Assembly: GCA_021816845.1 (NCBI GenBank)
Contig: JAKAWT010000001.1
Coordinates: 408,209-472,208 of the forward strand
Source: a bacterium
GTDB taxonomy: Bacteria > Patescibacteriota > Dojkabacteria > JAKAPS01 > JAJZLI01
Direction of reading: 5' to 3'
Length of the DNA stretch: 64,000 nt
Below, one piece after another: positions 55,663-64,000 of this stretch. The translations under genes and the position numbers were made by a program. The notes under the pieces were generated by a model, which saw only the letters and a program-made list of their open reading frames with translations, did not search any database and had not been told where the DNA came from. The first letter of the stretch is position 1, and each line of letters starts with the position of its first letter.

Positions 55663-56229
55663 ATGGCATACAGACACAAAGAAGATATAAATCTATTACA
55701 TAATGTTGAAGGTCCTGTGGGCTCTTTTGACATTTTTTATTCATGGGTATTTAAAGTAGGGAAACATATTCTAATAGGTGTTGAGGTTCTTGTTATTATA
55801 GCTTTTATATTTAAAATATTTTTAGATAGTACATATGCTAGTGTTGCACACAAATCAGAGTCTCTCCAGTCACAGCTGAGTTCTTCTTCAATGGTTAACA
55901 AAGTGAATAAGATTTCAAAATATCAGCAAAGTATTAATACAATAACAAGATTGGAAACATTTAGAGAAAAAACTGGTACTACTTTATATAATATATTACA
56001 TCTTATACCATCAGGTATAGTTGTCTCTAATGTAAGTTTAGATATTAATAAGTTCCTTATTTCTGGTACTGCAGTAACGTATGCTCAATTACAAGATTTA
56101 TCTAATAATTTTACCAATGATTCATCACAATTTAGTAATGTAATTATCCCACAACTTACTAATTCTAGCTTACAATCTATTAACAACATAAATTTTTCTT
56201 TATCTGCAAATGTAATTAATAAACAATGA
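55663..56229 (+). CDS. PilN-like type IV pilus assembly protein (putative)
   Basis: N-terminal INLL motif (DINLLHN) followed by a single TM helix and an extracytoplasmic domain; 4-nt overlap with the next ORF. Confidence 0.4.
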   Translation: MAYRHKEDINLLHNVEGPVGSFDIFYSWVFKVGKHILIGVEVLVIIAFIFKIFLDSTYASVAHKSESLQSQLSSSSMVNKVNKISKYQQSINTITRLETFREKTGTTLYNILHLIPSGIVVSNVSLDINKFLISGTAVTYAQLQDLSNNFTNDSSQFSNVIIPQLTNSSLQSINNINFSLSANVINKQ

Positions 56230-56852
56230 AGAGTTTTGATTATCAAAAAGAAAAAAAGTTATTCTTAGATAGCTTTAATAATAAAAGGTATGTACTTTAT
56301 TATTATATGAGCTTTTCTATAGTACTTATTATTATATTTGTTGCATTTATAATATACCCTATAACCACTGATATGATAAAGGAGAATAATCAAATTACTG
56401 CTATTAAAGCTATGAATGTTCAGATGCAAAACAGAATTAATCTTATTAACTCAACATATTCTGTATATTCTAATAAAGTAGCTAAAAATACTGCTGCTGT
56501 GAATGATTCTTTGCCTAAAAATCAGGATACTGCATTCATATTTGGAAATACTTATCAGATATTCCAGAATAATGCTCTGCAACTTGATTCTATTGATTTT
56601 TCAAGCAATATTAATTCACAATTAGAAATTGCAATAACACCATTTTTTGCATCTGCATTTCCTATAGATATTTCTGGGTCAGGAACATATCAGAATCTAT
56701 TATCTGCCTTAGCAACATTGTCTGCGTATCCCCAAAGGATTGCTGTTTACAATGTTTCTTTTGCTGTATCTAACAATAATTTAAGTAATAATTTTATCGG
56801 TTCACCTGGGCTGTTCCAATTAAGTGCAATAGTATTTTATTCTAAATTCTAA
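56226..56852 (+). CDS. PilO-like type IV pilus assembly protein (putative)
   Basis: Single N-terminal TM, predicted coiled-coil segment, and position directly after the PilN-like gene; weak assignment. Confidence 0.3.
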   Translation: MKSFDYQKEKKLFLDSFNNKRYVLYYYMSFSIVLIIIFVAFIIYPITTDMIKENNQITAIKAMNVQMQNRINLINSTYSVYSNKVAKNTAAVNDSLPKNQDTAFIFGNTYQIFQNNALQLDSIDFSSNINSQLEIAITPFFASAFPIDISGSGTYQNLLSALATLSAYPQRIAVYNVSFAVSNNNLSNNFIGSPGLFQLSAIVFYSKF

Positions 56853-56854
56853 TT

Positions 56855-57094
56855 ATGAAAAAGTTTTTTACTATTATAATTTTTACATTTGTAGTATTCA
56901 TATTATGGATAGGTTTTTCTCTTTATTCTGCTATATCAAAACCTCCTGTTGTAAATGTACCTCCATCAGATATAGCTAATTTTAATACAGATTTACAACT
57001 GAATACTTTAGATAATATTGTAAATAGTCAAAAATATATTTGTATAAACAATAATTTTACAATTAAATCTTGTTCTAATAAAACTCAGATATAA
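56855..57094 (+). CDS. Small membrane-anchored protein (79 aa), possibly the third member of the pil-like operon
   Basis: N-terminal TM helix with short Cys-containing C-terminal part; tightly packed after the PilO-like ORF. Confidence 0.3.
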   Translation: MKKFFTIIIFTFVVFILWIGFSLYSAISKPPVVNVPPSDIANFNTDLQLNTLDNIVNSQKYICINNNFTIKSCSNKTQI

Positions 57095-57113
57095 TAAGCG
57101 AGGCTATTATTAA

Positions 57114-57446
57114 TTATTTTCTAACTCTAGCTGCTATAGCAAATTGCATAAAATATTTTTCTAATTCTAGTGCATCTTTATCATTAAATTTTTCACTGAA
57201 CAAATTACTAATGAATTGATCTTTAGAACGTAATACTTCTTTTGCTCTTATTGATTTTTTCTTTATAAGAGTTTCTACTGTAGCATCAAATAATTCTATT
57301 GCTCTAATTACAGATAGAATCTCATATTCCTTATTATTATCTCTTTTTGCTTTAAAAGATCTACTAATCTCACTATAGATATTACCCATCTGTTCAAATA
57401 TACTCATTCTTGACCATGAGTTATAATTGATAGTGTATCTATTCAT
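57114..57446 (-). CDS. Hypothetical all-alpha protein (110 aa), weakly MazG-like NTP pyrophosphohydrolase fold
   Basis: Acidic helix patterns (IFEQMGNIYSEI; EYEILSVIRAIELFDAT) loosely resemble the EExxE/ExxD helices of small MazG-like proteins; low confidence. Confidence 0.3.
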   Translation of the reverse strand: MNRYTINYNSWSRMSIFEQMGNIYSEISRSFKAKRDNNKEYEILSVIRAIELFDATVETLIKKKSIRAKEVLRSKDQFISNLFSEKFNDKDALELEKYFMQFAIAARVRK

Positions 57447-57784
57447 TTTGTTATTTTCCTTTTAATTAAATCTAATATTGCTTTACGAATCATTTCATCT
57501 TCAATATTCCGTGATATGTTATTTTGACTAGGACGAATATTTATCATAGAATCAAATTCTACAAATTTATCAGTATTAAACTCTTCGGGATACAAATTTA
57601 TCCCCCATATATCTTTCTGTCTAGATCCATTTTCTAATAAAAATTGCTCTCCATCAACATGCATTTCAAGATTAATTATTAGTAGTTCATTTTCTATATC
57701 TACTGCAGCCTTAACCAGATTACCATACATATTATGTGCTATATTTGTTAGATCTTTAATACTTATTGTATCTACTTGTTGCAT
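57443..57784 (-). CDS. Hypothetical protein (113 aa), upstream member of an overlapping two-gene cassette
   Basis: ORF only; no family recognised by eye. ATGA start/stop overlap with the downstream 110-aa ORF. Confidence 0.4.
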   Translation of the reverse strand: MQQVDTISIKDLTNIAHNMYGNLVKAAVDIENELLIINLEMHVDGEQFLLENGSRQKDIWGINLYPEEFNTDKFVEFDSMINIRPSQNNISRNIEDEMIRKAILDLIKRKITK

Positions 57785-57883
57785 TCCTTGATTTTACATT
57801 AAAATTTAACATTTTTCTACATATTTATTCATCATATAGCTGACATTAGTAATATTACTTTAAGAATACATGTGTTGGTCATA

Positions 57884-58006
57884 TTGACAATAAAATAGTA
57901 ATATGATATATATATACACATACATTATTACGACTTGATGAAGGTTGATCACCAGTAAAAATATAGATTTTTACAAAGCCTCTGTTGCGCTCAGGGGTAT
58001 TTTTGT
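57884..58006 (+). promoter_or_regulatory. rpoB leader: sigma70-like promoter plus terminator-like hairpin (candidate attenuator)
   Basis: TTGACA(57884-57889)-17 nt-TATATA(57907-57912). Hairpin CCTCTG-TTGCGCT-CAGGGG (57979-57997) followed by TATTTTTGTGTGTTT, about 50 nt before the rpoB start. Confidence 0.35.
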
Positions 58007-58058
58007 GTGTTTAACTCTTTAAAAGTAATGTTTTTATTAATTATTAGAAAATAATATT

Positions 58059-61000
58059 ATGCAACAAAGAATCAACCTTGCTACGTCTAATAAATATAAT
58101 AAGTATTTTGAATATCCAAATTTAATAGAAGCACAGAAAAAATCATATGAATGGTTTTTAAGCGAACATCTTAAAGAATTATTTGAAGAAATAAATCCAG
58201 TTGTAGATAATACAGGAAAGTTATGGGTTCTAGAATTTCTAGATTATAGATTTGGTGATATAAATAGAAGTGTCAGAGAGGCTATAAGAAAGGGATTGAG
58301 TTATGACAAGTCTTTATACTTTAACGTAAGACTTACTAATAAAGTTTCCGGAGAAATTAAAGAGCAAGAGATCTTTATAGCTGAGCTCCCCATTATGACA
58401 GATAGAGGCAGTTTTATTATAAATGGTCACGAAAGAGTTGTAATTCATCAAGTAGTAAGATCTGAGGGTATACTCTTTACTGAAGGAGATAAAAAAGCTA
58501 TACGTAATAAAGTTTATTTTGCAAAGCTAATAACATCTATAGGACCATGGCTAACTTTTGAGGTAAATGCTCATAATGTTATGTCATTGAAGCTAGCACC
58601 AAAAAAACCTAAGATTCTTGTAACTACTCTTTTAAGGGCATTAGGTTATTCTACTAATACTGAAATTTCTAATTTGTTTTCTGATGTTGATACAAGTAGT
58701 GAATCAAGGTATATTGAATCTACTCTAGCAAAAGATCCTACACACAATAACAATGAAGCTGTTTTAGAGATATATAGGAAAATAAGGCCTGATATAGCGG
58801 TAAACTATGAAAATGCTTTGTTATATATAAATAGCTTGTTTTTTAACCCTAGGAAATTATTTCTTGGTAAAACTGGTAGATATAAATTAAATAAAAAATT
58901 GGGCTTAAATATTCCTGTAGAGTCTAATAATTATGTTCTCACTAATATGGACATAATAGCTATAATAAAAAGATTAATTCAAGTAAACAATGGGGAGATA
59001 GATCCTGATGATGTTGATTCATTATCTAATAGAAGGGTAAAGAGTGTTGGTGAGTTAATGGGGGACTATCTAAGGATAGGTGTAAGGAGAGTTGAGAAGA
59101 TAATTAAAGATAGGATGAGTATTATGTCTTCAGATGAAGTGCTTACTCCATCAATGCTTGTAAGTGCAAAACCTTTTGTTTCTGTTATAAATGAATTTTT
59201 TGGTAGTAGTTCTGTATCAGTATTTATGGATCAGGATAATATATTATCAGAAATATCTAATAAAAGAAGAGTTACTGCTGGAGGTCCAGGTGGTCTTACT
59301 AAAGAAAGTGCTACATTTTCAGTCCGTGATGTTCATTATTCTCAATACTCTAGATTGTGTCCTGTAGAATCTCCAGAAGGTCCACAGATTGGAATAGTCA
59401 ATCATCTTTCCGTATATGCTAGAATAAATGATTATGGTTTTATAGAAGCTCCATATAGAAAGGTATTTCATAGTATTTCATTTGATTCAGATGAACTGGT
59501 TGGAAGAATAATTAAAAAAGATGTAAAGGTAGATTCTAAAATATACAAAAAAGGGACTGTTATAGATAAAGATCTAGCTTTGAAAATAAAAAAAGCAAAA
59601 CTTAAAGATATTGATGTTATTGCTTATTTATCAAATGAGATTATATATTATGATGTAGATGAAGAGTTTAACCTAAAAATTTCGAGTTTAAGCGTGGAAA
59701 TAGATGAGTATGGGAATATATTAGATTCCGTGATACAAATAAGGTCAAGAGGTGAATACGCTTTAGGCTCTGTAGATGATATAGATCATATTGAAGTTTC
59801 TACATCTCAGATAGGAGGTGTTTCATTGAATTTAATACCATTTTCTGCAGGGAACAAAGCAGATAGAACTTTGATGGGATCAAATATGCAGAAACAAGCA
59901 GTTCCTCTTGTTAATCCAGAAGCTCCACTTATAGGTACTGGGTTTGAGTCTGTTGTAGCAAAAAATTCTAATAGAGCAGTATTTGCCTCTGGCAACGGGA
60001 TTATTGAATATGCTGATGCAGGGAAAGTTATTGTAAAGTATGATAAAGGTGATAAAGAAACATATTTTGTGGATAAATTTGTGCCTACAAATAAGAAGAC
60101 GTCTTTTTCTCAAACTGTTCTACTAAAAAAAGGTGATAAAGTATCATCTGGTGACATCATTATTGATGGACCTGGAATGGATAATGGAGAACTCGCTTTA
60201 GGCAGAAATTTAGTTGTAGGGTATATGATGTATGAAGGTTATAATTATGAAGATGGGATAGTTATATCAGAAAGATTAATAAAGGAGGACCTTCTCACTT
60301 CTGTACATGTACAATCTTACACACAAGATATAAAAGAGACAAGACTTGGTAATGAAATACATACAAGAGATATACCAAATGTTTCATTACACTCACTACG
60401 TAATCTTGATGAGCAAGGTATTGTTAGAATAGGTGCTTATGTAGAATCTGGAGATATATTAGTGGGTATAGTAGCTCCGAAAGGTGAAGTAGAACTCACT
60501 GCGGAAGAAAAACTTTTAAGATCTATTTTTGGTGATGTTGCAAAGGATGTAAGAGATAATTCTTTAAGAATCCCAAATGGTGAAAGAGGTATTGTTATAG
60601 ATGTGGAAATTTTAGAAAGGAGTGACGACTCAAATAAGTTAAACCCTGGAGTTATAAAACAAATTAAAGTTTGGGTTGCTAGAACACATAAAGTTGGATT
60701 AGGTGATAAATTATCTGGAAGATTTGGTGATAAAGGTGTTGTGTCTAAAATATTACCTGTAGAGGATATGCCATATTTAAGAGATGGTACTCCTATAGAT
60801 ATTATTTTGTCACCTTCTAGTATAACGAAAAGGCTTAATTTCGGACAATTAAATGAAATATATTATGGTGAGATAGCAAAACGTGCAGGACTAAATTTTG
60901 CTTTTCCTATTTTTTCTAGAATGGATGAAGGTAAACTAGAAAATATCAAGAAAAAATATGATGTTGGTGAAATTGAGGATAAAGTGTTACTGCGTGATGG

Positions 61001-61511
61001 TAGGAATAGTGAACTATTTGAAAATAAGGTTTCAGTTGGTCCCAGGTATATATTGATGCTAGATCATCTTGCAGATACTAAAGTGACTGCACGCTCCACT
61101 GGTCATTATACTGTTGTAAATCAACAGCCACTCGGTGGTAAAGCACAAATGGGTGGACAAAGGTTTGGAGAGATGGAAGTATGGGCATTAGAAGCTTATG
61201 GTGCAGCAAGTACTCTTCAAGAGATGTTGTCTATAAAATCGGATGATATTATCGGAAGATCTGAGGCATATAAGTCAATCATTCAGAATAAGAAGATTCA
61301 AATGGTTGGTATTCCAGAATCTTTTAAAGTTTTACTTTTGGAACTTAAATCTCTAGCTTTAAATATTGAACCTATTGATGTTGTTATAGAACCAACCCTG
61401 GAGGAAGCAGAGTCAGAAAGTGTTTTACCAGAAGATGTTTTTATAGATAATGAAGAAGAAGTTAACGTAGTCTTAAACGATAATAGTATCGAAAGTTTAG
61501 AAGAAGAATAG
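58059..61511 (+). CDS. rpoB: DNA-directed RNA polymerase subunit beta
   Basis: 1150 aa with conserved beta-subunit blocks throughout (rifampicin-binding region, GDK..GRFGDKGV active-site region, C-terminal clamp). Confidence 0.95.
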   Translation: MQQRINLATSNKYNKYFEYPNLIEAQKKSYEWFLSEHLKELFEEINPVVDNTGKLWVLEFLDYRFGDINRSVREAIRKGLSYDKSLYFNVRLTNKVSGEIKEQEIFIAELPIMTDRGSFIINGHERVVIHQVVRSEGILFTEGDKKAIRNKVYFAKLITSIGPWLTFEVNAHNVMSLKLAPKKPKILVTTLLRALGYSTNTEISNLFSDVDTSSESRYIESTLAKDPTHNNNEAVLEIYRKIRPDIAVNYENALLYINSLFFNPRKLFLGKTGRYKLNKKLGLNIPVESNNYVLTNMDIIAIIKRLIQVNNGEIDPDDVDSLSNRRVKSVGELMGDYLRIGVRRVEKIIKDRMSIMSSDEVLTPSMLVSAKPFVSVINEFFGSSSVSVFMDQDNILSEISNKRRVTAGGPGGLTKESATFSVRDVHYSQYSRLCPVESPEGPQIGIVNHLSVYARINDYGFIEAPYRKVFHSISFDSDELVGRIIKKDVKVDSKIYKKGTVIDKDLALKIKKAKLKDIDVIAYLSNEIIYYDVDEEFNLKISSLSVEIDEYGNILDSVIQIRSRGEYALGSVDDIDHIEVSTSQIGGVSLNLIPFSAGNKADRTLMGSNMQKQAVPLVNPEAPLIGTGFESVVAKNSNRAVFASGNGIIEYADAGKVIVKYDKGDKETYFVDKFVPTNKKTSFSQTVLLKKGDKVSSGDIIIDGPGMDNGELALGRNLVVGYMMYEGYNYEDGIVISERLIKEDLLTSVHVQSYTQDIKETRLGNEIHTRDIPNVSLHSLRNLDEQGIVRIGAYVESGDILVGIVAPKGEVELTAEEKLLRSIFGDVAKDVRDNSLRIPNGERGIVIDVEILERSDDSNKLNPGVIKQIKVWVARTHKVGLGDKLSGRFGDKGVVSKILPVEDMPYLRDGTPIDIILSPSSITKRLNFGQLNEIYYGEIAKRAGLNFAFPIFSRMDEGKLENIKKKYDVGEIEDKVLLRDGRNSELFENKVSVGPRYILMLDHLADTKVTARSTGHYTVVNQQPLGGKAQMGGQRFGEMEVWALEAYGAASTLQEMLSIKSDDIIGRSEAYKSIIQNKKIQMVGIPESFKVLLLELKSLALNIEPIDVVIEPTLEEAESESVLPEDVFIDNEEEVNVVLNDNSIESLEEE

Positions 61512-61534
61512 TTTTAATTTATATTGTATTTATT

Positions 61535-64000
61535 ATGATAAAAGATTTTAAAGCATTAAAAATAACACTAGCATCACCTGATAACATACAGGATTGGTCT
61601 CATGGTGAAGTTAAAAAAGCAGAGACTATAAACTATAGAACTCAAAGGCCAGAAGTTGGTGGTTTGATGTGTGAAAAGATCTTTGGCCCTACAAAAAATT
61701 ATGAGTGTTACTGTGGGAAATATAAAAAAATAAGGTATAAAGGTATAATTTGTGATAAATGTGGAGTTGAAGTAACAACAAGAAATGTAAGAAGGGAGAG
61801 GATGGGGCATATTAAACTTGCATCTCCAGTTACTCATATATGGTATGTTCATGAAGTACCTAATAAATTATCATTACTTTTAGATATTACTCAAAAAAAA
61901 CTTATATCTGTGTTATATTTTTCAAGATATGTAGTTCTTGATATTGATGAAGAAGCTAAAGATAAAGCGATAGATCTTATCAAAAATAAGATAGAAGAGG
62001 AAGAGAAAGCACATAAGGAAGATTTACAATTGCAGATTGACTCTATAAAAGATGAAAATGCATCAGTGATAAAAGAAATGACTAAAGAGTCAAAAGGTTC
62101 TGGTGACGAAAAAAATGTTGAAGCTTTAGAGTTGCAAGTTGAAAAAATTAATTTTAAATATAGACAAAAAATAGCAAAATTAAAGGAGGAACAAGATCTT
62201 ATATTTGCAGAAATATCTAAAGCAAATCAAGATCTTTTAGCCTTAGTAAAGAGAATGGTCGTAGGTGAAGTTGTATCTGAGGAGGAATATGGAAGGCTTA
62301 TAGGCAATGACTTAGATTTTTTCAAGTTAGGAATGGGAAGTGAGGCTATAAGGACATTATTATCGAGAATAAATTTAGAGGAATTATCTAAGGAGTTATA
62401 CAAAGATATTAATGCTAAATCAATTCAAAAGAGGGTAAGAGTTATCCAAAGGCTTAAAATTGTTGAAGGATTTAGAAAAAATAATATGAAGCCAGAGTGG
62501 ATGGTACTTGATATTATACCAGTAATTCCTCCTGATTTAAGGCCTATTATTCAATTACCAGGAGGCAGGTTTGCAACATCAGATTTAAATGATTTATACA
62601 GGAGAGTAATAAATAGGAATAACAGGCTGAAAAAACTTGTTGATCTTGGTGCACCAGATGTAATATTAAGGAATGAAAAGAGGATGTTACAAGAGAGTGT
62701 AGATGCTTTGTTTGATAATCAACACAGACCATCTCCTCCTGTTCTGAATTCAAGAAGGATTCCATATAAATCATTATCTGACAATATAAGGGGTAAATAT
62801 GGGAGATTTAGAGAGAATTTATTAGGTAAAAGAGTTGATTATTCTGGAAGAGCAGTTATAACAGCTGGTCCTGATTTAAACCTATATCAATGTGGTTTAC
62901 CTAAAAAAATGGCTTTAGAGTTATTTAAGCCTTTTGTTATGAGAGAAATACTATATAGGGATCTTGCACCTAATATAAAGGGAGCAAAGTTGTTATTCGA
63001 ACAGGCGACTCCAGAAGTGTGGGATATCTTAGAGGAAGTCATAAAAGATAGGCCTGTGCTTTTAAATAGGGCACCTACATTACATAAACAAGGTGTACAG
63101 GGATTTTATCCTATTCTTATTGAAGGAGATGCTATAAGGTTACATCCTTTATCTTGTGATGGTTTTAATGCAGATTTTGATGGAGATGCTATGGCTGTTC
63201 ATGTTCCTTTGTCAGATGAAGCAATTTTAGAAGTGAAGACTCTTATGATGGCTCATAGCAACTTATTTCTTGCTGCTGATGGAGCACCTGTTATAACACT
63301 AAAAAGAGATATGGTTTATGGTTGTTATTATTTAACTTCTATCTCTAAGGAATCTTTACAGTTTACTTTTAGTTCTCCGGATGATTTATTATCAGCTCAA
63401 GAAAAAGGTTTGGTTCATTTTAGAGATCTTGTTAATGTGAGACTAGATGGAGAAATCATAAAAACTACTGCTGGAAGAATAATATTTAACAATGTTTTAC
63501 CTAAAGAAATTCCATATGTTAATGAAATAACAAATGATACTTTAATAACAAATATAATAATATCTTGTGTTGAAAAGATTGGTACAGAAGCAACTATTCC
63601 TGTACTTGATAAACTTAAAGATCTTGGTTTTAAATATGCTTTAAAATCTGATTTTTCTATATCTTTATCAGATTGTAAAATATTGCCTGAAAAAGATAGT
63701 ATGATTGCTGAGGCAAATTCTAAAGTTGAGAAACTTGTAGATTCATATAAGGAGGGTTTAATTACTAAAGGAGAAAGAATACAGCTATCAACTGTTTTAT
63801 GGAAAGAAGTTACTGATTCAATAGCAGATAAATCTCTTGCCAATTTAGATGATTCAAATATTTTCAAAACTATAGTAACAAATAAATTTATGGGTGCAAA
63901 CATAGATCAATTAAAACAGATAATAGGAATGAAAGGTCTTGTTATTGATCCTACAGGAGGTATTGTTGAGTTACCGGTAAAATCTAATTATGTTGAAGGA
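61535..64000 (+). CDS. rpoC: DNA-directed RNA polymerase subunit beta' (5' partial, continues beyond the window)
   Basis: Hand-translated N-terminus MIKDFKALKITLASPDNIQDWSHGEVKKAETINYRTQRPEVGGLMCEKIFGP...CYCGKYKKIRYKGIICDKCGVEV has the zinc-binding CxC...CxxC. Open to the window end (822 codons). Not in the ORF track because no stop codon falls within the window. Confidence 0.9.
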   Translation, partial: MIKDFKALKITLASPDNIQDWSHGEVKKAETINYRTQRPEVGGLMCEKIFGPTKNYECYCGKYKKIRYKGIICDKCGVEVTTRNVRRERMGHIKLASPVTHIWYVHEVPNKLSLLLDITQKKLISVLYFSRYVVLDIDEEAKDKAIDLIKNKIEEEEKAHKEDLQLQIDSIKDENASVIKEMTKESKGSGDEKNVEALELQVEKINFKYRQKIAKLKEEQDLIFAEISKANQDLLALVKRMVVGEVVSEEEYGRLIGNDLDFFKLGMGSEAIRTLLSRINLEELSKELYKDINAKSIQKRVRVIQRLKIVEGFRKNNMKPEWMVLDIIPVIPPDLRPIIQLPGGRFATSDLNDLYRRVINRNNRLKKLVDLGAPDVILRNEKRMLQESVDALFDNQHRPSPPVLNSRRIPYKSLSDNIRGKYGRFRENLLGKRVDYSGRAVITAGPDLNLYQCGLPKKMALELFKPFVMREILYRDLAPNIKGAKLLFEQATPEVWDILEEVIKDRPVLLNRAPTLHKQGVQGFYPILIEGDAIRLHPLSCDGFNADFDGDAMAVHVPLSDEAILEVKTLMMAHSNLFLAADGAPVITLKRDMVYGCYYLTSISKESLQFTFSSPDDLLSAQEKGLVHFRDLVNVRLDGEIIKTTAGRIIFNNVLPKEIPYVNEITNDTLITNIIISCVEKIGTEATIPVLDKLKDLGFKYALKSDFSISLSDCKILPEKDSMIAEANSKVEKLVDSYKEGLITKGERIQLSTVLWKEVTDSIADKSLANLDDSNIFKTIVTNKFMGANIDQLKQIIGMKGLVIDPTGGIVELPVKSNYVEG

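Overview
This is an AT-rich bacterial chromosomal segment (roughly 30% GC outside the rRNA genes) that reads cleanly in the standard genetic code and is almost entirely housekeeping. Left to right it contains the following. (1) tRNA-fMet and a second CAT-anticodon tRNA, then ftsH, polA, an ATP-dependent DNA ligase translationally coupled to polA, and mnmA. (2) A complete rRNA operon (16S, tRNA-Ile, tRNA-Ala, 23S, 5S) with rpsA starting about 10 nt after the 5S gene, then clpC. (3) A GC-rich structured RNA element with its own promoter and intrinsic terminator between clpC and rplJ, preceded by two DnaA-box-like direct repeats, then rplJ-rplL. (4) A minus-strand operon encoding a divergent MreB paralog and a Wzy_C-like polytopic membrane protein, divergently paired with a PEGA/beta-propeller membrane protein. 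(5) tRNA-Arg, an ndk gene carrying insertions, and rho. (6) The conserved minus-strand block tRNA-Thr, tRNA-Tyr, tRNA-Thr, rpmG, tRNA-Trp, secE, nusG, rplK, rplA; secE and rpmG are too short to appear in the ORF track. (7) An M50 peptidase, rpmB, priA, mreB-mreC-mreD-PBP2 (no rodA), topA, rpsB-tsf-frr (no pyrH), rseP, HIT-rpsU-yqeY-ybeY-pth-mfd (N-terminally shortened)-trpS-hisS, dnaX-ybaB-recR-cysS-cca, a degenerate MBL/beta-CASP-like protein, and ychF. (8) A tmRNA (ssrA) gene on the minus strand that the ORF track does not show, pilN/pilO-like genes, an overlapping two-gene cassette of small unknown proteins, and rpoB plus the 5' part of rpoC. The 16S rRNA shows a compensated change in the universally conserved 530-loop pseudoknot. 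Gene content and the missing genes suggest a reduced-genome lineage, possibly Patescibacteria/CPR; this is inference only. I found no CRISPR array, transposase or clear defence island. The most system-like unexplained loci are the mreB-paralog/Wzy_C/PEGA module and the two-gene cassette at 57.1-57.8 kb.
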